A stretch of DNA of 64,000 nt from Candidatus Omnitrophota bacterium (GTDB taxonomy: Bacteria; Ratteibacteria; UBA8468; MWAK01): contig JAZDPL010000038.1 of NCBI GenBank assembly GCA_043797665.1, positions 26,940 to 90,939 on the forward strand, read 5' to 3'. This document shows positions 17,010 to 25,027 of the stretch, one piece after another (the first letter of the stretch is position 1; each line of letters opens with the position of its first letter). The position numbers and the translations under genes were made by a program. A model generated the notes under the pieces. The model did no database searches. It had not been told where the DNA came from and worked only from the letters and a program-made list of their open reading frames with translations.

Positions 17010-17664
17010 AAACTTAGGCAAGAGTTTTTCTCAAAAAGAGGTCTTAAAGAACCTCCACCTGGAGGTTGATGAAGGAAATCTGGTCCTGATTGTGGGTAAA
17101 AATGGTACAGGCAAAACCACGCTTCTGAGAATTATAAACCGTCTGGAAAGGCCCGATACCGGAGAAATATTATATCGGTCTGAAGGAGAGGTAGGGGTCG
17201 GATTTAAAGGGAATTTCTATACAAGGGATTTACTCTTTCAAAGGAGAATGGTATTGGCACCCCAGACACCAATCGTCTTCCCCGGGTCGGTATATCAAAA
17301 TGCCATTTACGGGGTAAGAATCAGACGCCAAAAGCCTGAAATTTCTGTGGTCCAGGACCTGTTGGAAAGGTTTGACCTTATTCCAGCAAAAGATTTGCCC
17401 GCCCAGAAGGCCTCCTTGGGACAGAAACAGAAATTGTCTCTGGTTCGGGCATTACTCATCCCTTGCGAACTTTATCTTTTGGATGAACCTGACAACAACC
17501 TTGATGAACCAGGTCTGAAAACCCTTTTTGATTTGCTTTCTTATTTAAAAACCAGGAGAAAAACTATCTTAGTCACCACCTCCTGCCTACCCCGACTGGC
17601 TCAATTAAACTATGACCATATCTATTTCCTGGAAGATGGAAAACTAATGCCCACCGCCTCTTAA
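16993..17664 (+). CDS. tupC: ABC transporter ATP-binding protein (TupC-like)
   Basis: Walker A GKNGTGKTT, ABC signature-like LSLGQKQKLSL, Walker B LYLLDEPDNNLD. Confidence 0.65.
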   Translation: MELQIKNLGKSFSQKEVLKNLHLEVDEGNLVLIVGKNGTGKTTLLRIINRLERPDTGEILYRSEGEVGVGFKGNFYTRDLLFQRRMVLAPQTPIVFPGSVYQNAIYGVRIRRQKPEISVVQDLLERFDLIPAKDLPAQKASLGQKQKLSLVRALLIPCELYLLDEPDNNLDEPGLKTLFDLLSYLKTRRKTILVTTSCLPRLAQLNYDHIYFLEDGKLMPTAS

Positions 17665-18132
17665 CATTTCAACTGCGTGGCCGAGAATCTCCGCAATAGC
17701 CTCGAAAGATTCCTTTACACCTGCGGGACTGCCCGGTAAATTAATGATGAGTGTTCCTTTTCTGATAACCGAGACCGCCCGGGATAAAACAGACCTCTTC
17801 CCGGTTCGGGTTATATTCTCATTTCTAATCATCTCCGCTATGCCCGGGACAGACCGGTCCGCCACCGCTAACGTTGCCTCCGGCGTTACGTCCCGTGGTC
17901 CCAGGCCGGTTCCGCCGCTGGTAAAGATTAAATCAACCTTCAGGATATCACTGTATTCCTTGATTTTTTTCTTAATCAACTCCTTTTCATCCGGAATTAT
18001 TTCGTAGGCAACTAATTTTATACCTCTTTCTCTTAATAAATCCGTGAGTATCTTACCACTCCCATCTTTCCTTTCTTTTTTAAAACAACTGTCGCTGATG
18101 GTCACAACAGCAGCATTAACCCCATTAACCAT
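17644..18132 (-). CDS. mogA: Molybdopterin adenylyltransferase MogA/MoaB
   Basis: MogA/MoaB family, GGTGLGPRD motif. Confidence 0.7.
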   Translation of the reverse strand: MVNGVNAAVVTISDSCFKKERKDGSGKILTDLLRERGIKLVAYEIIPDEKELIKKKIKEYSDILKVDLIFTSGGTGLGPRDVTPEATLAVADRSVPGIAEMIRNENITRTGKRSVLSRAVSVIRKGTLIINLPGSPAGVKESFEAIAEILGHAVEMLRGGGH

Positions 18133-18616
18133 TGGTTATCTCCAGAAGGTCACCCACCTGAATCACCCCGCCTTTCAAAACCCTGGCAAAAACTCCTTCT
18201 TTAGGCATAATGCAGTCTCCAATCTTATAGTATATGGAACAGCGCCGGTAACACTCCTTGCCAATCCTGACAACCTCCAAGAGTACTCCTTTGCCCACGG
18301 CCATCCGGTCACCCTCTTTAATCTTTGCAAGGTCTATCCCTTCCGTCGTTATATTCTCCGCAAAATCTCCCGGTTTCAATTCCAAAGACTTATTATTTTT
18401 ATTTATCCTGGGACACTCTTTTTGCCGTTTGATGCTCTCTAAAGAAAGGAGGCTTACCTGCCGAACTTTATCTCCGGCATGCACGTCCCCTTCCAGACCG
18501 TAATCGGTAATTAAATTGGCGGTTGAAACCGGCTTTTTAGAGACCCCTTTAACCGTACTGATGTTAATGGAATAAATCCGACCTTGTTGAGTAGACACTA
18601 TAACCCCTTTTGTCAT
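18125..18616 (-). CDS. MOSC-domain protein (YiiM-like)
   Basis: Beta-barrel MOSC-like sequence of 163 aa with a conserved Cys near the C-terminus. Embedded in the Moco biosynthesis cluster. Confidence 0.55.
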   Translation of the reverse strand: MTKGVIVSTQQGRIYSINISTVKGVSKKPVSTANLITDYGLEGDVHAGDKVRQVSLLSLESIKRQKECPRINKNNKSLELKPGDFAENITTEGIDLAKIKEGDRMAVGKGVLLEVVRIGKECYRRCSIYYKIGDCIMPKEGVFARVLKGGVIQVGDLLEITNG

Positions 18617-19134
18617 TCTGAGGCAAAGCCGAAGAATCTCTCTTTTAGACCCTCCCTTTCCAATCCTATGGAAAGGGGACCCGTGTCTTTACTCAGGGTG
18701 ACACCCTGACGGGTGTCACTTTTCCCGCCTCTTTTTTCTTTCAGGTAAATCTTTTCTATCACTATTGCCCGGTCAAACATTTTGCACATATCGTAGATGG
18801 TCAGGCTGGAAATGGCACAAGCCGCCAGGGCTTCCATCTCCACACCGGTCTTGGCATGAGCCCGGACCTCTGTTTCAATCTCAATCCTCCCTTTCTGAAT
18901 CTTAAATTCAACCCCGACAAATTCTATGGCGATGTTATGACAATGGGGAATCAGTTCCGAGGTTCTCTTTGCCGCTAATATCCCGGCGACCCGGGCGCTT
19001 TCCAAAACATCTCCTTTGGGAACTCTGCCCTCTTTGATTAATCTGAGCACCCCCTCTTTCAACCTGACAACACCGTTAGCCCGGGCGCTCCGGTGAGTCT
19101 TCCCCTTCCGGCCGACATCCACCATTCCCTTCAT
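18613..19134 (-). CDS. moaC: Cyclic pyranopterin monophosphate synthase accessory protein MoaC, with a repeat-derived C-terminal tail
   Basis: MoaC core (GKTHRSARANGVV...ELIPHCHNI). The last ~30 codons are encoded by a GC-rich hairpin element (18650-18719). Confidence 0.75.
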   Translation of the reverse strand: MKGMVDVGRKGKTHRSARANGVVRLKEGVLRLIKEGRVPKGDVLESARVAGILAAKRTSELIPHCHNIAIEFVGVEFKIQKGRIEIETEVRAHAKTGVEMEALAACAISSLTIYDMCKMFDRAIVIEKIYLKEKRGGKSDTRQGVTLSKDTGPLSIGLEREGLKERFFGFASE

Positions 19135-19739
19135 TCTTCTCCTTTAATCTTTTTCCAGTCATCATTTGAATTAAGATTAAAAAATATCTTGTCCCAGTTT
19201 CCCTCTAAGTCCAAAAATGCTTTTTGGCCGCATTCCATCAGCAGGTCTTTAAGTTTTAATCTGCCCGCCTGAATACACTGCTCAACCAGAGGTAAGATAC
19301 TCCGGCTATATATACTGCAGAGCGGTTCTGTACCTCCCTGGTGACGGGGAACCAAACAGGCGGGTCTCTTTTCAGAAAAGCAGGATTTCAATCTTCTCAA
19401 AATATCTGCGTTTAAAAAGGGCAGATCACAGGCTACAAAGAGCCCGGCAATATTCTTCATCATCTTCAGACCGGTATAGATTCCACCCAGCGGACCAATA
19501 CCCTTTATTTCATCTTCCACGGTTTTAACACCAAAACGGACGTATCTGTCAGGGGAGTTGGTGACAACAAGAACTTCCGCGAAGTCTGCCCGTAACAGGG
19601 AAAGCGTATCTTCAATAATCGGACTCCGGTCAATTACCAGAAAGGCTTTATCAAGTCCATCCATCCGCCTGTTTTCGCCGCCGCTTAAGACCACTGCGGA
19701 AAGCTCCATTGAGGATGCCATTATCCCCCTATCCGGCAC
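19131..19739 (-). CDS. mobA: Molybdenum cofactor guanylyltransferase MobA
   Basis: MobA N-terminal motif AVVLSGGENRRMDG.. and an overall NTP-transferase fold. Confidence 0.7.
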   Translation of the reverse strand: MPDRGIMASSMELSAVVLSGGENRRMDGLDKAFLVIDRSPIIEDTLSLLRADFAEVLVVTNSPDRYVRFGVKTVEDEIKGIGPLGGIYTGLKMMKNIAGLFVACDLPFLNADILRRLKSCFSEKRPACLVPRHQGGTEPLCSIYSRSILPLVEQCIQAGRLKLKDLLMECGQKAFLDLEGNWDKIFFNLNSNDDWKKIKGEE

Positions 19740-20695
19740 ATTGACACCGGTGCCTTAGAGAAATCTGGTGATGCCAGTCCGTGGTCAGCCGGTTTTTGCA
19801 AGACCGCATCCTCAATAAACTCCATCACCATTTTTTCCGAACCTTTCTCCAGAAGACTATGCAAATTGAAAGAGACCGGACGGTGCAGACAAAGGACTAA
19901 ATTACCGCTCGCCGTAATTCTTAAACGGTTGCAACTGAAGCAAAAAGAACCGCTTAACGGACTGATGAGCCCAAAAGAACCCCGGTAACCGGAAACCCGG
20001 AAATACCGGGCTGGTCCGGAACCAAAAACCTTATCAGGACCGACCTCGCCCATCTCCTTTATCTTTTCCAGAACTTCGGTCCCGCTGATAAAATACTTGC
20101 TCCACTCCAGGGCATTGCAGGTGGGCATAAACTCGACAAAACGTACCACCAGATTATGATTCCGGGTAAGGCTGATAAACCCACCTATTTCATCGTCATT
20201 TATACCCTTAAGCATCACCACATTTATCTTAACCGGAATAAATCCTGAATCTAAAGCACACCTTATGCTTCGTACCACTTCCACAATCCGGTTGTGTCCG
20301 GTTAAAAAACTAAACCGTTCACTCCGCAAACTATCCAGGCTGATGGTTACCCTTTTTAGACCGGCTTTCTTCAACTCGACGGCATAACCGGCAAACAAGA
20401 TTCCGTTGGTGGTCAGCGATAAATCCTGTACCCCGGGAATTTCAACTATTCTCCTGACTAAACCTGCCACATCTTTTCTCAACAGAGGTTCACCGCCGGT
20501 CAACTTAATCTTATCCACGCCTAATTTAACCAAACACTTTATCAGGCTGATAATCTCTTCAAAAGAAAGAATTTCTGACTCCCTGCTTAAACTTAAATCC
20601 CGGTGAGGCACACAATAGAGACAGCGCAGGTTACACCGGTCAGTGAGAGAAATCCGCACCGACTCTATCTTTCTGCCGCAGGAATCAATCAGCAT
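19721..20695 (-). CDS. moaA: GTP 3',8-cyclase MoaA (radical SAM)
   Basis: CNLRCLYC radical-SAM motif and a C-terminal second-cluster Cys triad (CFSCNRLR). Confidence 0.8.
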   Translation of the reverse strand: MLIDSCGRKIESVRISLTDRCNLRCLYCVPHRDLSLSRESEILSFEEIISLIKCLVKLGVDKIKLTGGEPLLRKDVAGLVRRIVEIPGVQDLSLTTNGILFAGYAVELKKAGLKRVTISLDSLRSERFSFLTGHNRIVEVVRSIRCALDSGFIPVKINVVMLKGINDDEIGGFISLTRNHNLVVRFVEFMPTCNALEWSKYFISGTEVLEKIKEMGEVGPDKVFGSGPARYFRVSGYRGSFGLISPLSGSFCFSCNRLRITASGNLVLCLHRPVSFNLHSLLEKGSEKMVMEFIEDAVLQKPADHGLASPDFSKAPVSMCRIGG

Positions 20696-20748
20696 CGCGT
20701 TTAATCCCCTACATTTTTAACTGATACAAACGAATTAAATAATTTGAC

Positions 20749-20798
20749 GTAGGGGTCGGATTTATCCGACCCGCGGGCTTGATAAATCAAGCCCCTAC
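20749..20798. repeat. Family-A palindromic repeat element, copy 3
   Basis: Sequence gtaggggtcggatttatccgacccgcgggcttgataaatcaagcccctac. It shares a 26-nt upstream extension (atacaaacgaattaaataatttgac) with the copy at 39497-39608. Confidence 0.7.
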
Positions 20799-20821
20799 AC
20801 ACAATTCTTATGTAAATTTAC

Positions 20822-21889
20822 TTATTTCGTTTGGTACTGGTATTTGTAATGGGTGGAACAGGTACCCTCACCGCTGACCATGCAGGGACCCATCGGTCTT
20901 TCCGGACTGCACCGGGACCGGAACATCTTACATTCTTCCGGACTGATGGCGCCGATAATCACTTCTCCGCATCGGCAGGCCGGATTGACCTTTGCCTTTC
21001 CGGCTCCCGGAAATTTAAATTTGTGCCAGCCGTCAAACTGTTGGAACTTTTCTTTAATCTGTAAGCCGGTTCCGGGAATCTTTCCCAGACCGCGCCAGGA
21101 AGATTCACAAGACTGGAAAACCCGGTTAATTAAAGATTGAGCGGACCGGTTGCCTTCCGGCTTTACCGCCCGCCGGTATTGAATCTCAACCCTGGGCAGA
21201 CCGCTTCTAATCTGTTTCAGGATAAAAGCTATGCCTTCCAGAATGTCTTCCGGTTCAAAACCGGTGATAACCGCGGGTTTTTTGTATTTCTGCGGAATAA
21301 ATTCGTAAGGGTACGCCCCGATAATGGTACTGACGTGACCCGGGCAGAGAAATCCGTCAACCTGAACCCGGTCGGAATCAAGTAAGACCGCCATCACCGG
21401 TGGTATGGTCTTTATCACTGACAAGAGAAAGAAATTGTTTAGACGCCGGCGTTCTGCTTCCAGAATGGTGGCGGCAATCGGAGCCGCGGTCGTCTCAAAC
21501 CCGATGCCCAACAATACCACTTTTTTGTCCGGATTCTCTTTCGCGATTACCAGGGAATCTATCGGACTGTAAATAAGACGGACGTCCGCACCCTTTACTC
21601 TCTCCTTCTCTAAACTGGTTCCTGAAGCCGGTACCCGCAAAAGGTCTCCGAAAGTAGTAACGATTACCTTCTTATCCCGGCTCAAAAAGCAAAAAGAGTG
21701 GATGTCCTCTTCACTGGTTACGCAGACCGGGCAGCCTGGTCCGGCGATAAGTCTAAGGTTGGACGGAAGCAGATTAGGCAGACCACTCCGGTAAACCGCC
21801 ACCGTGTGGGTACCGCAGACCTCCATTATGGAAATAAGCCCCTTACCTCCGGCTAACCTTTTTATCTCCGTAACAATCTCTGGTACCAT
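20822..21889 (-). CDS. hypD: [NiFe]-hydrogenase maturation factor HypD
   Basis: CGTH, GPGCPVC and C-terminal CxxH-type motifs. Confidence 0.8.
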   Translation of the reverse strand: MVPEIVTEIKRLAGGKGLISIMEVCGTHTVAVYRSGLPNLLPSNLRLIAGPGCPVCVTSEEDIHSFCFLSRDKKVIVTTFGDLLRVPASGTSLEKERVKGADVRLIYSPIDSLVIAKENPDKKVVLLGIGFETTAAPIAATILEAERRRLNNFFLLSVIKTIPPVMAVLLDSDRVQVDGFLCPGHVSTIIGAYPYEFIPQKYKKPAVITGFEPEDILEGIAFILKQIRSGLPRVEIQYRRAVKPEGNRSAQSLINRVFQSCESSWRGLGKIPGTGLQIKEKFQQFDGWHKFKFPGAGKAKVNPACRCGEVIIGAISPEECKMFRSRCSPERPMGPCMVSGEGTCSTHYKYQYQTK

Positions 21890-24644
21890 AATACAAACGA
21901 AGGATCGTCATTGCGAGGCAGGCTCCTGCTAACACCAGAATTATCGGTGCCAATAAACCCTTGATAAGCAGGTAGACAAAGGCGATTACCGGATAAAGCG
22001 TAATCCTTGTCAGGTGTTTTACCCAGAGATGTTGTGAGATAAATCTGGCTCCGATGGGTCCCTTCTGATAATACCAGTCAACAAACCTTCTGCCCGGGCT
22101 ATTCGTTAAGAGATAACCATCCCGGAACCTTTTCAGTATCTCCACCTGTTTGGCTAAGGGAGAGCCAAACGCCGCGGTGGCTATAAAACACTCACCGAAT
22201 AGACTGCCGGTCTCCTCCCCTGTTCCGGTCAGGGGAATTTCTAAAGTTGGGGTATCCGGGTCATCAGAAGTTACCGCAAGGGTTGCACTGAATGTCTTAA
22301 GTGAGGATATATCATAGGATGGTGCAAAAGTTACGGTGACGGTGTTACTTCCATCAGGTAAAATTGTTACTGTTTCGCTTCCACAAGGATTGTCACCACC
22401 GCTTACATCTAAAGAGAATGTTGAGGACGTTGTGTCTGAGGATGATGTCTCTGAGACGGTAATAGCTGTAATATTAAGGTCTGCGGTGCCCGTGTTAGAT
22501 ATAGTGAAGGTTTTAGGGTTTGAAGCAGTCCCTGCTTCTACCCCGCCAAAGTCGTAACTTGCGGGAGACACTTCAATTTCAGGATTCGTTGTAACAACTA
22601 CCTCAGTATCAGTTTCAGTTTCACCGGTTCCGCTTAAAGAAACTGAACAAGGATTTTCATCCGGGTCATCAGAAGGGATGGATAAAGTAGCAGTTTTTGA
22701 ACCAGAGGAAACGGGAGAAAAAACCACCTCTAAGGTTTTGCTTGCACTTGAAGTTATAATTTGGCCGGAAGCATTGTCATTCTGAATCTGCAACTCATCA
22801 GCATTGGTACCAGACAATGTTATTGTTCCAACAGAAAGGTCGCCGGCGCCGATATTAGATATGGTAAAAACCTTGGCAGTTGACGAAGTTTCTACCGTTA
22901 CACTCCCAAAATTGTGGCTGGTGGGAGATACGAAAATATTGGGGTCTGTTGTTGTACCAGTCCCCCGAATGCTGAAATCATAAGGGTTCTCATCATTGTC
23001 ATTGGTGGCAATGCTAATAGTAGCAGTGCGTATGCCTGAAGCACTGGGGTCAAATTTCACCTGGAAGGTAGTACTGCTATTAGAAGTAACTGGAGAGGAA
23101 GGTTGGATTGTTACCGTAAAGTCAGAAGCATGGCTGCCACTGATTACAATTATAGTGTCTCCGGTTAAATCTAAATCGGCAATACCGGTGTTCTGAATTG
23201 TAAAGGTATGGGTTACTTCGCCGCCGGTCACATCTACACTGCCAAAATCGGTTTCATCAGCGGTGCTCGGAGTAGTATCCCCATCTACGATTGTCTGGCT
23301 ATTTCCCTGGAGGTTGATTTCGGGTGTCATAACAACCTGAACCGGAACGTTGGTATCGGTATTGGTGCCATCTCCCAATTGTCCACAGTCGTTGCCTCCC
23401 CAGGTCCAGACCGTACCATCATCTTTAAGTGCCATAGTATGGTCCGCTCCGCCGGCAATCGCAGTTATATTGGTAAGATAATCTATTCCACCGGCACCTT
23501 TCACCTGAACCGGAGTGTTGATACTATCGCTCTCCGTGCCATCTCCCAGCTGTCCATAGAAGTCCCATCCCCAGGTCCAGACCGTACCATCATCTTTGAG
23601 CGCAATGGTATGGTCCCCCCCACCAGCAATTGCTATTATATCAGTAAGAAAATCCTCTCCAAACTCGCCTTTTACCTGAACCGGAACGTTGGTATCGGTA
23701 TTGGTGCCATCTCCCAATTGTCCACAATCGTTGCCTCCCCAGGTCCAGACCGTACCATCATCTTTAAGTGCCATAGTATGGTCCGCTCCGCCGGCAATCG
23801 CAGTTATATTGATAAGATAATCTATTCCACCGGCACCTTTCACCTGAACCGGGGTGTTGCTGCTGTCAGTATTAGTACCATCTCCTAATTGTCCCCGGTT
23901 GTTCTTTCCCCAGGTCCAGACAGTAGTACTATCAACACCGCTGGCATCTTTGAGCGCAACAGTATGGTTCTCTCCACCGGCAATCGCAGTTATATTGGTA
24001 AGATCATCTATTCCACCGGCACCTTTTACTTGAACCGGGGTGTTGGCATTAATATTAGTGCCATCTCCTAATTCTCCACAGTCGTTCCGTCCCCAGGTCC
24101 AGACAGTATCGGCATCTTTAAGGGCAATAGTATGGTCATATCCACCGGCAATCTTAGTTATACCGGTAAGATAACCTATTCCAGCCTGAACCGGTATGTT
24201 GGTATCGGTATTAGTATCATCCCCTAATTCTCCATAGTCGTTATCTCCCCATGTCCAGACAGTACCATCATTTTTGAGTGCAATGGTATGGTCCGCTCCG
24301 CCGGCAATCGCAGTTATATTGGTAAGATAATCTATTCCACCGGCACCTTTCACCTGAACCGGAGTGTTGATACTATCGCTCCCCGTGCCATCTCCCAGCT
24401 GTCCATAGAAGTCCCATCCCCAGGTCCAGACAGTAGTATCAACACCACTGTCGTCTTTGAGCGCAATGGTATGCTTCCTTCCGCCAGCAATCTGTACCAT
24501 GGTCGCAAAGGAAGTATTCTCCAGCAAAATCAAACAAACTATTCCAGGCAATAATAGATGAACAAACCCGGCCGTTATTTTCTGCTTCAGGCTATTTCTT
24601 CGTAATATTCTGTATGTCTTCATCTTTTTGAGACAAATTAGCAA
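21843..24644 (-). CDS. Large RCC1-repeat (beta-propeller) surface protein with Ig-like Thr/Ser-rich domains and a C-terminal CFIATAAFGS motif plus TM segments
   Basis: About 8 RCC1-like repeats (TVWTWG.N..GQLGDGT). Three S/T-rich beta-sandwich-like segments. C-terminal GECFIATAAFGSPLAKQVEILKRFRD followed by two hydrophobic helices. Overlaps hypD by 47 nt. Confidence 0.65.
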   Translation of the reverse strand: MLICLKKMKTYRILRRNSLKQKITAGFVHLLLPGIVCLILLENTSFATMVQIAGGRKHTIALKDDSGVDTTVWTWGWDFYGQLGDGTGSDSINTPVQVKGAGGIDYLTNITAIAGGADHTIALKNDGTVWTWGDNDYGELGDDTNTDTNIPVQAGIGYLTGITKIAGGYDHTIALKDADTVWTWGRNDCGELGDGTNINANTPVQVKGAGGIDDLTNITAIAGGENHTVALKDASGVDSTTVWTWGKNNRGQLGDGTNTDSSNTPVQVKGAGGIDYLINITAIAGGADHTMALKDDGTVWTWGGNDCGQLGDGTNTDTNVPVQVKGEFGEDFLTDIIAIAGGGDHTIALKDDGTVWTWGWDFYGQLGDGTESDSINTPVQVKGAGGIDYLTNITAIAGGADHTMALKDDGTVWTWGGNDCGQLGDGTNTDTNVPVQVVMTPEINLQGNSQTIVDGDTTPSTADETDFGSVDVTGGEVTHTFTIQNTGIADLDLTGDTIIVISGSHASDFTVTIQPSSPVTSNSSTTFQVKFDPSASGIRTATISIATNDNDENPYDFSIRGTGTTTDPNIFVSPTSHNFGSVTVETSSTAKVFTISNIGAGDLSVGTITLSGTNADELQIQNDNASGQIITSSASKTLEVVFSPVSSGSKTATLSIPSDDPDENPCSVSLSGTGETETDTEVVVTTNPEIEVSPASYDFGGVEAGTASNPKTFTISNTGTADLNITAITVSETSSSDTTSSTFSLDVSGGDNPCGSETVTILPDGSNTVTVTFAPSYDISSLKTFSATLAVTSDDPDTPTLEIPLTGTGEETGSLFGECFIATAAFGSPLAKQVEILKRFRDGYLLTNSPGRRFVDWYYQKGPIGARFISQHLWVKHLTRITLYPVIAFVYLLIKGLLAPIILVLAGACLAMTILRLYYGTRDCYGDKKVSRR
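23400..24420. repeat. Near-identical ~170/340-bp tandem nucleotide repeats inside the RCC1-repeat gene
   Basis: The string ccaggtccagaccgtaccatcatctttaagtgccatagtatggtccgctccgccggcaatcgcagttatattggtaagataatctattccaccggcacctttcacctgaacc recurs at ~23400, ~23740 and ~24250, with only a few mismatches. Confidence 0.7.
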
Positions 24645-24764
24645 AATAGTTAATATGCTCCTTCCTAAATATTATCACCTTGTTGAAGGTAAGTCAAAAC
24701 TTTAAAGGTAGTCGAACATGGTGTCCAGATAGGGTCCATACAGGGGTAGAATTGGGGTAAATAT

Positions 24765-24989
24765 TTACTTCTGCATAAGACTCAGTACCTGCCGGGCTTC
24801 TTCTGAGGTCATCTTTTGAATGGCAAACCCGGCGTGGATAAGCACGTACTCCCCGGCTCTTACGGAATCAAGGAGACCAAAATTGACCGGGCGCCTGATA
24901 CCCAGAATTTCAACGATACCGGTTGGAAACGCCTGCGTTTTCTCCGGCGGTTTAACTTCAATCACTTTGCCGATAACTGCTAAACACAT
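24765..24989 (-). CDS. hypC: Hydrogenase maturation factor HypC
   Basis: N-terminal MCLAVIGKVIE with the conserved Cys2. Confidence 0.7.
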   Translation of the reverse strand: MCLAVIGKVIEVKPPEKTQAFPTGIVEILGIRRPVNFGLLDSVRAGEYVLIHAGFAIQKMTSEEARQVLSLMQK

Positions 24990-25027
24990 AAATACGAGAT
25001 TCTCCCCCTGAATGAACCTATCAGGGG

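Noticed and set aside
23208-24071. 226-aa and 60-aa ORFs antisense to the RCC1-repeat gene
   Set aside because: They are generated by the internal nucleotide repeats of the sense gene: the same peptide blocks recur with the repeat period. The sense frame has clear RCC1 motifs.
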